64,000 bases of DNA. Source: an uncultured Poribacteria bacterium (lineage in GTDB: Bacteria; Poribacteria; WGA-4E; WGA-3G). The stretch is taken from the NCBI GenBank assembly GCA_958296135.2, contig CATQHZ020000001.1, forward strand, positions 960,001-1,024,000, read 5' to 3'. Positions within the stretch are counted from its first letter, which is position 1. Each line of letters opens with the position of its first letter. Shown piece after piece: positions 10,691 through 20,446 of the stretch. The position numbers and the translations under genes are program-made. The notes beneath the pieces are model-generated. The model saw only the letters and a list, made by a program, of their open reading frames with translations. It did not search any database and was not told the origin of the DNA.

Positions 10691-11743
10691 ATGAACGCAC
10701 AGACACCCTCCAACGCACGCTTTGCGCCAGTACAAAAATCGCTGCCACGTATCGGCATTACGATGGGGGATGCTGCGGGTATCGGTCCGGAAATCATCGT
10801 CAAGGCGCTGGCAGCCCCGGGTCTCTATGAGGTGTGCCGTCCGATCGTCATCGGCAGTGCGGCAATCATAGAGGCCGCGCTGAGGTTCGCGCCGGCGGGG
10901 TGCGAGCGAGCGGTGCGGCTGACAGATATAGAGAGCTGTTCTTACCCTGATGGCACGATTGATGTGCTGAATATCACTTCCTTGTCACCTTCGGAGATTG
11001 CGTTGGGTAGCATCGATGCGCGTGCCGGTGCTGCCGCCGTGAAGGCAATTGAGGTTGCAACGCGCCTTGCGCTAGATGGGCAACTTGATGGCATCGCGAC
11101 CGCGCCTATCTGCAAGGCATCCATCCATCTCGCCGGTTGCCCGTACCCCGGGCATACCGAGATACTCACCGCGCTGACGCACACCGCTAAAAGTGTCATG
11201 ATGCTTCAGTCCGAGCGTTTGACTATTTCTTTCGTTACAAACCACATTCCGTTGGCAGAAGTTCCGAAACACCTCTCGGTGGAAAGAATTGTAGATGTCG
11301 TATGCATCACACGAGCGGCCCTTGTCCGCGGCGGTATTCCCTATCCGCGTCTTGTTGTCGCAGGATTAAACCCGCACGCCGGCGAAAAGGGGATGTTTGG
11401 AGAAGAGGAGAGACAGCTGATTGCCCCGGCGATTGCGGAAGCGAAAAGGCGGCTCGGCTTGCAAAAATGTGGTACCATTGCCGGTCCTTTGCCTGCGGAT
11501 ACCCTTTTCATTTCAGCGAGCCAAGGGCGTTGGGACGCGGTGATTGCTATGTATCACGACCAGGGTAACATCCCGATAAAACTTCTCGCCTTTGGTGAAA
11601 TTGTCAACATCACGCTCGGTTTGCCGATTGTGCGCACGAGCGTAGACCACGGGACGGCGTTTGATATTGCTGGTAAGGGCGTTGCCAACGAAACGAGCCT
11701 CGTCGCGGCGATAAAATGCGCTGCACGGCTATGTAACTTGTAG
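10691..11743 (+). CDS. pdxA: 4-hydroxythreonine-4-phosphate dehydrogenase (PdxA family)
   Basis: ITMGDAAGIGPEI, PGHTE, GLNPHAGE, AMYHDQG, RTSVDHGTAFDIAG. Confidence 0.95.
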   Translation: MNAQTPSNARFAPVQKSLPRIGITMGDAAGIGPEIIVKALAAPGLYEVCRPIVIGSAAIIEAALRFAPAGCERAVRLTDIESCSYPDGTIDVLNITSLSPSEIALGSIDARAGAAAVKAIEVATRLALDGQLDGIATAPICKASIHLAGCPYPGHTEILTALTHTAKSVMMLQSERLTISFVTNHIPLAEVPKHLSVERIVDVVCITRAALVRGGIPYPRLVVAGLNPHAGEKGMFGEEERQLIAPAIAEAKRRLGLQKCGTIAGPLPADTLFISASQGRWDAVIAMYHDQGNIPIKLLAFGEIVNITLGLPIVRTSVDHGTAFDIAGKGVANETSLVAAIKCAARLCNL

Positions 11744-11791
11744 TCCGAGGGGGGCTGTTCCTCGCCGTACGCTGCCCTGAGTAAAAAAACG

Positions 11792-14700
11792 ATGCTCAAA
11801 AGATTACTCCTACTTTCCTTTGCAATATGCCTCTCCTTTCATATAGGATTGTCCGCGAACGCCGCAGAAATCGCGCCGCTAAAAATTGTCGCTATTTCTG
11901 CGGATACTTTGACAGTTCGCTTCACACTGCCGGCGTTACAGTTAGACGAAGCCGAGAGCGGTGCTACTGTCTATTTTGAAGGTTCGGATTGGACGCTTGA
12001 TGCTGGGCTGCCCCGTCTGCCTATCTACACCCGGCTCATCGGCATTCCTGTTGTCGGCACGCCTATTGTCACCGTGATTCGGGCGCACCCAGAGATAAAG
12101 ACGGTTCAGGCTGTCGTCTCCAACCCGCTTGTAGCAGACGGGCACATCTCTTCGTTGACACATTTCTATCCGCAACGGCTCGTGGAAGTCGTGCCGAGTG
12201 GGTTTGTCCGAGAACGGCGTATCGCGGGTTTGCAAATCAATCCTGTGCAGTTCAATCCGGCGACGCGGCAGTTAAAAATCTTCTCTTCCGTGGAATTCCG
12301 TATTTACTTTCCCGGTGCGCCTGTGGGGCTAGCTGCACCGGCGGCATCTGTCGCCAGTTCCCGGCAATATGAAGCGATGTTCCAAGACATGCTGTTTAAC
12401 TACACTCAGGCGCGCCAATGGAGAAAACAGCGGGGCCCATCGCCATTAAGGCCGGGGATGCGAGACTTGACGACGTTGCGTCGGCCTGGTGAGCAAACCT
12501 TCGCTGCGCCAGAGCTGCCCGCTGAGCGCATTGCGACAGACAAAAAACAGCGGTTTAAGATACCTGTCACCCAGACGGCTCTGTATCGCATCACCTATAA
12601 CAATTTGAAGGCGGCAGGGGTTGCGCCGGAAACGATTAACTTTGACAGCATTCGTCTGGATAGCGGTGGACAGAAGCAGGGAATCTATATCTTTGACGAG
12701 AACGAAAATGAGACGCTGGATAGCGGCGAGAAGTTGGTATTCTATGGGCGCGCGCTGATTGACAATAAATTTACTGATGAGAACATCTATTGGCTCAGTT
12801 TTTCCACTGTTGGGGATAGTGTTCCTGTTGAAACGTCGCGCGTGGGAGAACGCGATGCAACCCCGCGCACGCAAAACCTCGTTGCGCCGCGCGCGTTTTT
12901 GACTCGCACCCGTGTGGAAGAAGACGTACATCATGATGTGTTAGCCGGGTCTGATATTAAGTCCGAATTGGCAGACCACTATTTCTGGGTGGCGTTCCGC
13001 GGCGGCAACATTGATACGAGCCGCAAGGATTTCCCCATCACGCTTCCGGGTGCGGCACCGCGGCTGGAGATTAATCGGACTGCGACGTTGCGCGTTAAAT
13101 TCCAAGGGGCGTCCCGTAGAGGTATAGCACTTCACCGCGCCCGGTTGGCTTTCAACGGTATACAACTAGGACGTGTCGAGGAGTGGAAACGCCAAGCCTC
13201 GCAGATTGCAACACGCAATCTGGAACATCGGCTTATCCATGCAGACCAGGTGAATTTCATGCGTATTGAGGCACTTGACACGAACAAGACCGCGGAGGGT
13301 GCCTACGATTTCTATTTGGACTGGTATGAATTGGATTACTGGCACGATTTCGCGGCGGAGAATAACCGCCTAGAATTCAATTCCAACACGGAACCCCGCA
13401 GTCGGGGCACCGTGCAATACCGCGTGACAAACCTCTTTGATGAGGAGATAGATGTGTATCAACTTGGCGATGGCGGCATCAGGAGTAGGCTTGTCGGCGG
13501 TGAAGTCACCCGGGGCGGTGCGACGCGTCGTCTGCTGTTTGAAGATAACATTACACAACATACGCGCTATTTTGTCATCGGTAGCACGGCGTATCGGAGC
13601 ATCAACGCGCTCGTGCCGACACCGCCGCCGACGCTCAGGAATCCTGCCAACCAAGCCGATTACATTGTCATCACGCATCCGACGTTTCGCGAGCGTATCC
13701 AGCCACTCGTTGACTTTCGGCGTTCGCAAGACTTGACAACCTTGGTGGTTGACATCGGCGATGTTTACGATGAATTTAGCGATGGGCTGTTTAATCCGTT
13801 TGCGATTCAGAAGTTTTTGCGGTATGCGTATACGAGTTGGCAGCGGCCTGCGCCGACTTATGTTGTGCTTGTTGGCGATGCGCACTACGATTACAAGAAT
13901 GCGACGGTGCAGCGCTACCGCCGCGACCCGAATTTTCGGGGTACCTACGATTTGTACCCGATTTTTGTGCCGACATACCATGGCTGGGCACCAGAGTGCG
14001 GTGAGACCGCCATGGATCATCGGTTTGTGAACATCAGCGGCGAGGATGCGCTGCCGGATATGCAGATCGGTAGGCTTTCTGTCCAAACGCCTGAAGAGCT
14101 CAGGGTGATGGTGCAGAAGATTATCAATTACGAACAAAACCTGAAGCCGGGACGCTGGCAAGCCACGTTAATCCAAGTTGCTGATGATAATTCGGACAAT
14201 CCCACCGATGGCATTTTTGAGGCATCCCGCGATGAGCTCATTCGGGATACTATTCCCGTTGGCTATGACACGCGCCAGATCTACCTCCGGAAAGTGAAGA
14301 GTCCTGTTTTAACGAGTTCGCTGATTCGTCGTGCGCTGAATGAAGGCGCGCTTGCTATTGAATACGCTGGGCACGGTGGCATCCAGACTTGGGCAGACGA
14401 GTCAATTTTCCGCATTGAGGATGTGGTCAATTTGCGGAACCGGTACCTTCCGTTTGTCATCACGACGACATGTCTGAATGGGCAGTTTGATAAACCGCAG
14501 CAGGTTGGCAACTTCTGTCTCAGTGAGCAGTTTTTGTTAGGCGAGTATGGTGCGATTGCGACGCTTTCTGCGACGCGGCTCACTTACGCTTCCGCAAACG
14601 CCGAGTTTGACAAAGACCTTTTTAAGTCCTTGTTTTCTGTCTCGCCTGCGAGTGTTGGAAACATTGTTGCGGATGCGAAGATCAAGTTTATCACGCGTAT

Positions 14701-17700
14701 CCGAAACCAGCTGTGGATTCCCGGTACTGAGCAGTATACGCTCTTCGGGGATCCGGCGACGCGGCTTGCGCGGCCCGATTTGGAAATCCGGGTTGAATTG
14801 GAACGCATTGCCGTTAACGATACGCAAGAGCTTGTTGTCCAGCAGAATGAAGTTGGTACGTGGATAAATAACATCGAGAACGTAGTCAATGACGGTTCTG
14901 GTAAGATTGCGGAGTTGCCCGAGGACAGTCAGCCGAATGCTTGGCGAAAAGCAGAAGATTTTGGCACAGAGGCACTTACAGCCACCGCCGCGTTCGCGAA
15001 TAATTTTGACGATGATTTGGGCAATGAACTCGTTCGGCGCGCCACGGGCCGCGTATGGCAGGGTGAATACGGCACGATGCGCCTTCAAATTCCTAACAAC
15101 GCGCTCCCCGGTAGCGGCGTTGTCCGCTTGTTTGCTTTTGATGATACCCGTGCTGCTGTCGGTGGTGCCCGCTTTTGGGTGGAAACGCCTGTCGTGCGAG
15201 ACATCTATGAAGTCTTGGATATTCCGACGGATACGCTGAGTATCAGTGTTCTCATTGTTGATGACAAGGGGGCGGCGGGCATCCGCAGCATCAGCGTGTT
15301 GTGGGACGATACGGCGCGGTTTGAGGACGCGACGGTACCGATGGTGAGGGTTCCTGTCGGTAGTGCGGCGGCACAGGCTTTGGCACAACGAGGGGATGTT
15401 CCACAAGGTGGCCAGTGGTATCAGTTGCAAACGCTTATCCCCCTTCCTCAGAGCGGCAGGCAAGTGCGTTACCGTATTCGCGTCACAGATAGCACTGGGC
15501 ACGAAGTGGCACATCCCTCGAAAACGGAGCGGAGCATCGTCAAGGTGCCGGAGGGCCCGAATATCGCGGTGGGCACTGATGAAACCGCCAAAGAGCCGAT
15601 CCGCTACCAGTTCAGCGAGGCGAAAGATGGGTATGAATTGGTTGCTGAGTTGATTAACAACGGTGGCCGGTTTGTCCAAGCTGATATTGATGTGGTGTTC
15701 GCGGAGGGAAATCCGGATGCCGATGGCGATAGCCGAGTTGACGAAGAGGCTGATATTTTGGGTATCACGACTGTCAAAGCGGCTGATTGGGAGGAGGGTA
15801 CGTATGCGTTGCAACGCGCTACTGCTGTTATTGATATCCACCCTCTTGGCACGGGTGTGCATAAGATTTACGCGCTGGCAGACCCGGAGGAAGATGATAG
15901 CGACAAGATTCTCGGTGCTGTTCAGGAGGTGCGCGTTTTTGATAACAAGAAGTATGTCTCTTTCATTGTCAACGATTTTAACTACAAACCTGCCGAGGAG
16001 ATCACGGCGTTTAGCCTCGACCGGGTGTTTGACATCCACTTCCCGCCCGGTGTGATTGCGACGAAAAATGAAGGCATTCCGCTCTCTGTCTCTTCGTCGG
16101 CCCCGGAAAAGGTGGTGCAGCCGGACATCCAGTTTGCGCCGATTCCGCGCGTCGCCGCCTTGCGCCGTGGGCTGATTCGGCAGGGAGACGCGGTTGCCCA
16201 ACACTATTCGGCAGCCTTTCGCACGGGGCATACCACGTTAGAGAAACCCGCCGAGGTCAAACTCCGTTTTGATGTGAGTGCGCTGGCAGACATCGTGCGC
16301 GAAAATAGCGAGCTCCGTCCAGGTACGCCAGCGTTTCAAGCTGCTGTTGCTGAAACAGCGTCGCAACTTGCTATTTATTCGTGGCAGGCGGATGCTGCTG
16401 CTTGGCGGCGTTTAGCATCACAAATTGCGCGTGTAACTGCGGAGAGCGGTGCCGATTTTCTATTGGAGAACTATGTTACCCCTATCCAGATAGAGAACGC
16501 CAGTGAACAGGAGCTCACTGCCGATGACATTACCATCAACCCGAACCTCACGCCGGCTGGAAGTTGGGTGATTCTGTTTTTAGATTCGTCGCAATATGAG
16601 GTATTTCTCAAGCGGAAAGGCGAGGCACTCATCCAGAAATTGGACAAGGCGGGGCAGCTGGACATCCCTTTGCGCGAGGAGGCGTTCGGGTTAGAACTGC
16701 TAATTCCGAGTCAAGAAAGCACACCGCTGGGGCAAAATCTCGCCTTTGAATTCGCCGATGTGCTAGCATTTGAGACTGACTATGACAGGCAGGGTGATGT
16801 TGTTCTTGTCGGTACGCGCAATGCGAACGCGGGGAACGGCAGTGCCAGCGTCAGTGCCCGCCTTGGCCCGAAGGCAGGATTTGAAGTAGGCGATTGGTTC
16901 ATCTTCTTTACCGGTCCCGCGGGTTATGAGATTCGTGATGCTGCGACGGACCCGGTGCATTTGCCGAACGGTGTCCAAGTGCGCGGAAAAATCGGTGAGA
17001 GTCTTTTCCTCAGTCACCTCGGTCTTGAAATTCTGGTGAACAGTAGCACAGAAAACTTTGAGTTTGGCGATAAGATTAAATTCAGCAGTGCGCGCGTTGG
17101 CACGATTACGGCAGAAGTGACAGCACTTACTCCCTTCGCGCTGATGCGTAGCACCGATACCACGCCGCCCTCTTTTCAGATTTGGGTGGATGGCCTCCAA
17201 CCGCAGACTGGCAGCGTTATCCCCCCGCGTCCGACTATTTCCCTTTTAATTGAAGACACGAACGGTATTGATATTGAGACCCTCACGCTTGCGAGACGGA
17301 AAGATAGCGGCGAATTTGAACCTATTCTTGAGGATTCAGGTGCGCGAGGGACGGGCCCTCGCGCACCGGTTACGGAGCACACCTATCAACGCCGCACCGA
17401 GAGCGGCATCTACTCCGTGCCAATTGACTACAAGCCGATCTTATTCCCCGGCGAATGGACTTTTGACATTCGCGCGCAGGACTTCAACGGTAACCCCCTT
17501 GGCGGTGAGGATGGCGGCATCACCTACCGCTTTTTCGTCATAGAGGAACCGGACCTCACGCCGCCTGAGATTGAAATCCAGATCGTGTCTACAGACACCG
17601 ATTCGGATGCGCCGCCGCTGCTTTTCGCCGATGGTGCCGTGCTAACCGAGCAACCGCATTTTGACATCAGGCTCACCGATGATGGCGCGATTGACGGGCC

Positions 17701-18211
17701 CACCTTTAGTCTCGCCTTAAGTCAGGTCTACGAACAACCGGTGCCGTTGGATGCATCGGCTTATGCCTTCCGGTTCGATGCTGCCGCGCCGACGACTGCG
17801 AACGCCACTTTCGCGCCAGACCTGGTTAACGGCGACTATCAGCTCTACATCATGGCAGCCGACACGAGTCAAAACACGGCGGAGTTGTCGGTATCCTTCA
17901 CCTTAAATGAGGCGGTCGCGCTTCGCGAAGTCTTCAACGTCCCGAATCCTACACCTGATGGCAGAACAGCGTTTACCTATCAGCTCGCGCAGCCGCCGGA
18001 TACGGTAAGCATCAAGATTTACACTGTTGCTGGCAGGCTTATCCGCACGTTGTTAGATGCGAGTGCGCGCCGCGGCACGAATGAGACGCAGTGGGATGGC
18101 CGCGATGAGACAGGTGTCCGCTGTGCGAATGGAGTCTATCTCTATCGAGTTATTGCGCATACGGCAGAGGGGCGTGTGGAGCAGGTTGGGAAGTTGGCGA
18201 TTTTGCGGTGA
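11792..18211 (+). CDS. Secreted C25 (gingipain/PorU-like) cysteine peptidase with C-terminal FlgD-Ig/T9SS-like domain
   Basis: Signal peptide, propeptide-like PVQFNP, DYIVITH, YVVLVGDA, catalytic YAGHG and TTCLNG, YTLFGDP; C-term NVPNP..IKIYTVAGRLIRTL..WDGRDE..NGVYLY. Confidence 0.85.
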   Translation: MLKRLLLLSFAICLSFHIGLSANAAEIAPLKIVAISADTLTVRFTLPALQLDEAESGATVYFEGSDWTLDAGLPRLPIYTRLIGIPVVGTPIVTVIRAHPEIKTVQAVVSNPLVADGHISSLTHFYPQRLVEVVPSGFVRERRIAGLQINPVQFNPATRQLKIFSSVEFRIYFPGAPVGLAAPAASVASSRQYEAMFQDMLFNYTQARQWRKQRGPSPLRPGMRDLTTLRRPGEQTFAAPELPAERIATDKKQRFKIPVTQTALYRITYNNLKAAGVAPETINFDSIRLDSGGQKQGIYIFDENENETLDSGEKLVFYGRALIDNKFTDENIYWLSFSTVGDSVPVETSRVGERDATPRTQNLVAPRAFLTRTRVEEDVHHDVLAGSDIKSELADHYFWVAFRGGNIDTSRKDFPITLPGAAPRLEINRTATLRVKFQGASRRGIALHRARLAFNGIQLGRVEEWKRQASQIATRNLEHRLIHADQVNFMRIEALDTNKTAEGAYDFYLDWYELDYWHDFAAENNRLEFNSNTEPRSRGTVQYRVTNLFDEEIDVYQLGDGGIRSRLVGGEVTRGGATRRLLFEDNITQHTRYFVIGSTAYRSINALVPTPPPTLRNPANQADYIVITHPTFRERIQPLVDFRRSQDLTTLVVDIGDVYDEFSDGLFNPFAIQKFLRYAYTSWQRPAPTYVVLVGDAHYDYKNATVQRYRRDPNFRGTYDLYPIFVPTYHGWAPECGETAMDHRFVNISGEDALPDMQIGRLSVQTPEELRVMVQKIINYEQNLKPGRWQATLIQVADDNSDNPTDGIFEASRDELIRDTIPVGYDTRQIYLRKVKSPVLTSSLIRRALNEGALAIEYAGHGGIQTWADESIFRIEDVVNLRNRYLPFVITTTCLNGQFDKPQQVGNFCLSEQFLLGEYGAIATLSATRLTYASANAEFDKDLFKSLFSVSPASVGNIVADAKIKFITRIRNQLWIPGTEQYTLFGDPATRLARPDLEIRVELERIAVNDTQELVVQQNEVGTWINNIENVVNDGSGKIAELPEDSQPNAWRKAEDFGTEALTATAAFANNFDDDLGNELVRRATGRVWQGEYGTMRLQIPNNALPGSGVVRLFAFDDTRAAVGGARFWVETPVVRDIYEVLDIPTDTLSISVLIVDDKGAAGIRSISVLWDDTARFEDATVPMVRVPVGSAAAQALAQRGDVPQGGQWYQLQTLIPLPQSGRQVRYRIRVTDSTGHEVAHPSKTERSIVKVPEGPNIAVGTDETAKEPIRYQFSEAKDGYELVAELINNGGRFVQADIDVVFAEGNPDADGDSRVDEEADILGITTVKAADWEEGTYALQRATAVIDIHPLGTGVHKIYALADPEEDDSDKILGAVQEVRVFDNKKYVSFIVNDFNYKPAEEITAFSLDRVFDIHFPPGVIATKNEGIPLSVSSSAPEKVVQPDIQFAPIPRVAALRRGLIRQGDAVAQHYSAAFRTGHTTLEKPAEVKLRFDVSALADIVRENSELRPGTPAFQAAVAETASQLAIYSWQADAAAWRRLASQIARVTAESGADFLLENYVTPIQIENASEQELTADDITINPNLTPAGSWVILFLDSSQYEVFLKRKGEALIQKLDKAGQLDIPLREEAFGLELLIPSQESTPLGQNLAFEFADVLAFETDYDRQGDVVLVGTRNANAGNGSASVSARLGPKAGFEVGDWFIFFTGPAGYEIRDAATDPVHLPNGVQVRGKIGESLFLSHLGLEILVNSSTENFEFGDKIKFSSARVGTITAEVTALTPFALMRSTDTTPPSFQIWVDGLQPQTGSVIPPRPTISLLIEDTNGIDIETLTLARRKDSGEFEPILEDSGARGTGPRAPVTEHTYQRRTESGIYSVPIDYKPILFPGEWTFDIRAQDFNGNPLGGEDGGITYRFFVIEEPDLTPPEIEIQIVSTDTDSDAPPLLFADGAVLTEQPHFDIRLTDDGAIDGPTFSLALSQVYEQPVPLDASAYAFRFDAAAPTTANATFAPDLVNGDYQLYIMAADTSQNTAELSVSFTLNEAVALREVFNVPNPTPDGRTAFTYQLAQPPDTVSIKIYTVAGRLIRTLLDASARRGTNETQWDGRDETGVRCANGVYLYRVIAHTAEGRVEQVGKLAILR

Positions 18212-18253
18212 TAAAAAAAGCCCCTTTTTTTTGCCTATAGGGAGGATGAAAAA

Positions 18254-18706
18254 TCACTCTGCGGTGGGTAGGTTGAGGGAAACCTGTTCCTCTCTCCATG
18301 CTTCGTCGATCCATTCGTCGCCGTGGTCTGGGTTGTAGATTAACCCCTTCTTGATGTGAAGATTAAGGTCAAGTTTTTCGAGAATGATATGTCCGATGAG
18401 GACGGGTGCTTCCGGTGGCAGGTCTGTTACCCGAATGGAGTCTGTCCGTTCCAAGAGGGTGAATTCGACTTCGGAATAAACGGTTCGGATGACGCTGCCA
18501 TTGGCGGTTAGTGAGTTGACTCTTCCGATGGGGCTGAGTCCGAGTTGTTCGATGATAGGTTTCGGTAGGGCTAATCGGCTTGCGCCTGTATCAACGAGGG
18601 CTTCTTCGACGGTGACGCGCCGGACCTCATTGGGGTTGATAGTGCCATCTTGGGCTCTAATCAGATCCGCCAGATTGGCGAGTTTGATTTGGGTTGTGTG
18701 CCGCAT
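18254..18706 (-). CDS. Retropepsin-like (clan AA) aspartyl protease, copy 1
   Basis: ALVDTGAS catalytic motif, TANG flap, VLIGHIILEKLDL. Confidence 0.88.
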   Translation of the reverse strand: MRHTTQIKLANLADLIRAQDGTINPNEVRRVTVEEALVDTGASRLALPKPIIEQLGLSPIGRVNSLTANGSVIRTVYSEVEFTLLERTDSIRVTDLPPEAPVLIGHIILEKLDLNLHIKKGLIYNPDHGDEWIDEAWREEQVSLNLPTAE

Positions 18707-18758
18707 TTTTTGTTCTCCTCTTGTGTTAAAGTTGAATCATCAGTGGATGTCCCTCTAT

Positions 18759-18787
18759 AGTCTATCACAAAACGATTCGGATGTCAA
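18759..18787 (-). promoter_or_regulatory. Sigma70 promoter of protease copy 1
   Basis: TTGACA-17-TAGACT on the minus strand with TG extension. Confidence 0.65.
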
Positions 18788-18823
18788 TAGAATGACAACC
18801 TTTTCCGCCGTAGGGCGAGGGCC

Positions 18824-18873
18824 GTTACGCCGAAACTTTGTCATCTCTGCAGCCTCGCTGCAGAGATGTCCAC
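18824..18873 (-). mobile_element. 50-bp REP-inserted miniature element (filled site)
   Basis: Absent from the otherwise matching paralogous REP at 19478-19503. Confidence 0.8.
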
Positions 18874-18922
18874 TGTCCCTCGCCATGCCCCGGTCCTCCC
18901 TTTGCCCGTAGGGAGGTTGAAA

Positions 18923-19375
18923 TCACTCTGCGGTGGGTAGATTGAGGGCAACCTGTTCCTCTCTCCATGCTTCGTCGATCCATTCGTCGCCGTGGTCTGG
19001 GTTGTAGATTAACCCCTTCTTGATGTGAAGATTAAGGTCGAGTTTTTCGAGAATGATATGTCCGATGAGGACGGGTGCTTCCGGTGGCAGGTCTGTTACC
19101 CGAATGGAGTCTGTCCGTTCCAAGAGGGTGAATTCGACTTCGGAATAGACGGTTCGGATGACGCTGCCATTGGCGGTTAGTGAGTTGACTCTTCCGATGG
19201 GGCTGAGTCCGAGTTGTTTGATGATAGGTTTCGGCAGGGCTAATCGGCTTGCGCCTGTATCGACGAGGGCTTCTTCGACGGTGACGCGCCGGACCTCATT
19301 GGGGGCAATAACGCCTCTCTTTGCTAAAACCAGGTCTTCAAGATTGGCGAGTTTGATTTGGGTTGTGTGCCGCAT
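18923..19375 (-). CDS. Retropepsin-like aspartyl protease, copy 2
   Basis: Near-identical tandem duplicate of 18254-18706, ALVDTGAS. Confidence 0.88.
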   Translation of the reverse strand: MRHTTQIKLANLEDLVLAKRGVIAPNEVRRVTVEEALVDTGASRLALPKPIIKQLGLSPIGRVNSLTANGSVIRTVYSEVEFTLLERTDSIRVTDLPPEAPVLIGHIILEKLDLNLHIKKGLIYNPDHGDEWIDEAWREEQVALNLPTAE

Positions 19376-19426
19376 TTTTTGTTCTCCTTTTGTGTTAAAG
19401 TGAATCATCAGTGGATGTCCCTCTAT

Positions 19427-19455
19427 AGTCTATCACAAAACGATTCGGATGTCAA
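19427..19455 (-). promoter_or_regulatory. Sigma70 promoter of protease copy 2
   Basis: Duplicate of 18759-18787. Confidence 0.65.
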
Positions 19456-19582
19456 TAGAATGACAACCTTTTCCGCCGTAGGGCGAGGGCCTGTCCCTCG
19501 CCGTGCTGGCTCGTTTCAAGAAACGTTCATGGTTTCTGTGGCTCAGCCATTTTTCGTTTGGATTGCGGGTTCGCGGGGGACA

Positions 19583-19736
19583 GTGGACATCTCTGCAGCG
19601 AGGCTGCAGAGATGACAAAGTTAAAGTAAGGTAGTTTGCTTTTGCGATGCAAAGGTCACGTCTATCAAGACAGGCGATCTGCATCGCCAGATCGACTGAC
19701 TACCGTAAACACGTTTTCTGTAGGCGTGACCGTGAC
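19583..19736 (+). mobile_element. 154-bp long form of the REP-inserted miniature element
   Basis: Same ends (GTGGACATCTCTGCAGC / GGCGTGACCGTGAC) between GGGACA and GGCCC of a REP. Confidence 0.75.
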
Positions 19737-19796
19737 GGCCCCCGCGCTACGGTGCGAGTGGCGTTTTTCGTAGTTGCAGCAATTGCAGCATCCTCT

Positions 19797-20126
19797 CTAC
19801 TGCAGCGGCGAATACGCTGTCGGCTCCAAAATCTTAGCACTCGCCACGTTTACCAGCGGCCCGCCGACTTCTGTCAGCCGTTTCGCTGCCTGCCACTCCG
19901 CATCGGCGATGAAGGCATCCCACGCGCGCTGATAATGCCCCAAATCTTCAAACGCAAGCAGATAGACGAGCTCCGTTGTCGTCGCCTCGCCGATGGCTGT
20001 TTCCCAAAAGCCAATCACTTTCATGCCGTGCTTTTCAAATAGGGGCAGCGTGATGTTGGCGAACCGATCGTTCAGTTTTTGCATTTTGCCGGGCACCACT
20101 TGATAGGTGCGCAATTCGTAGATCAT
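19797..20126 (-). CDS. NIPSNAP family protein
   Basis: MIYELRTY..PGK..RF..LFEKHG..W..F..D.EW..L.PT.YSPLQ. Confidence 0.93.
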   Translation of the reverse strand: MIYELRTYQVVPGKMQKLNDRFANITLPLFEKHGMKVIGFWETAIGEATTTELVYLLAFEDLGHYQRAWDAFIADAEWQAAKRLTEVGGPLVNVASAKILEPTAYSPLQ

Positions 20127-20259
20127 TGGTTTTCCTCCTATCGGCTGTTTTCGGTAGGGCGAGGGGTTGTCCTTCGCCGTGTATTGATTATCAGTGAAGA
20201 CATCTGTGCCTTCTGGGTTGCGGGTGTTTTTCGTTTGGGTTGCGGGTTCGCGGGGGCCA

Positions 20260-20358
20260 GTGGACATCTCTGCAGCGAGGCGGCAGAGATGACAAAGTTA
20301 AAGGTAGCGTGTTTACGCGGGGCGACACACGCACGTTTTCTGTAGGCGTGACCGTGAC
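20260..20358 (+). mobile_element. 99-bp form of the REP-inserted miniature element
   Basis: Same termini, inside a REP loop; second near-identical copy at 22126-22224. Confidence 0.75.
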
Positions 20359-20446
20359 GGCCCCGCGCTACGGTGAAAGTGGCGTTTTTCGTAGTTGCTG
20401 CATCGAGACGCGGGAGGTCTCTCCTACAGTTGGCGTGCTTTCGCCC

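Noticed and set aside
14537-16231. 564-aa antisense ORF and other long shadow ORFs (25735-26727, 13370-14161)
   Set aside because: They lie wholly opposite well-supported genes and have no motifs; expected from codon bias in GC-rich DNA
18824-18873. 50-bp element as a hammerhead ribozyme (reverse strand has GAAAC..GTC) or as group II intron ends (GT..AC)
   Set aside because: No CUGANGA core, no GUGYG 5' end, no domain V and no bulged A in the terminal stem
18635-19341. Protease pair as a DGR template/variable region
   Set aside because: Differences are not adenine-specific (for example CTG/CTT, GAT/GAC), both copies are full genes with promoters, and there is no reverse transcriptase nearby
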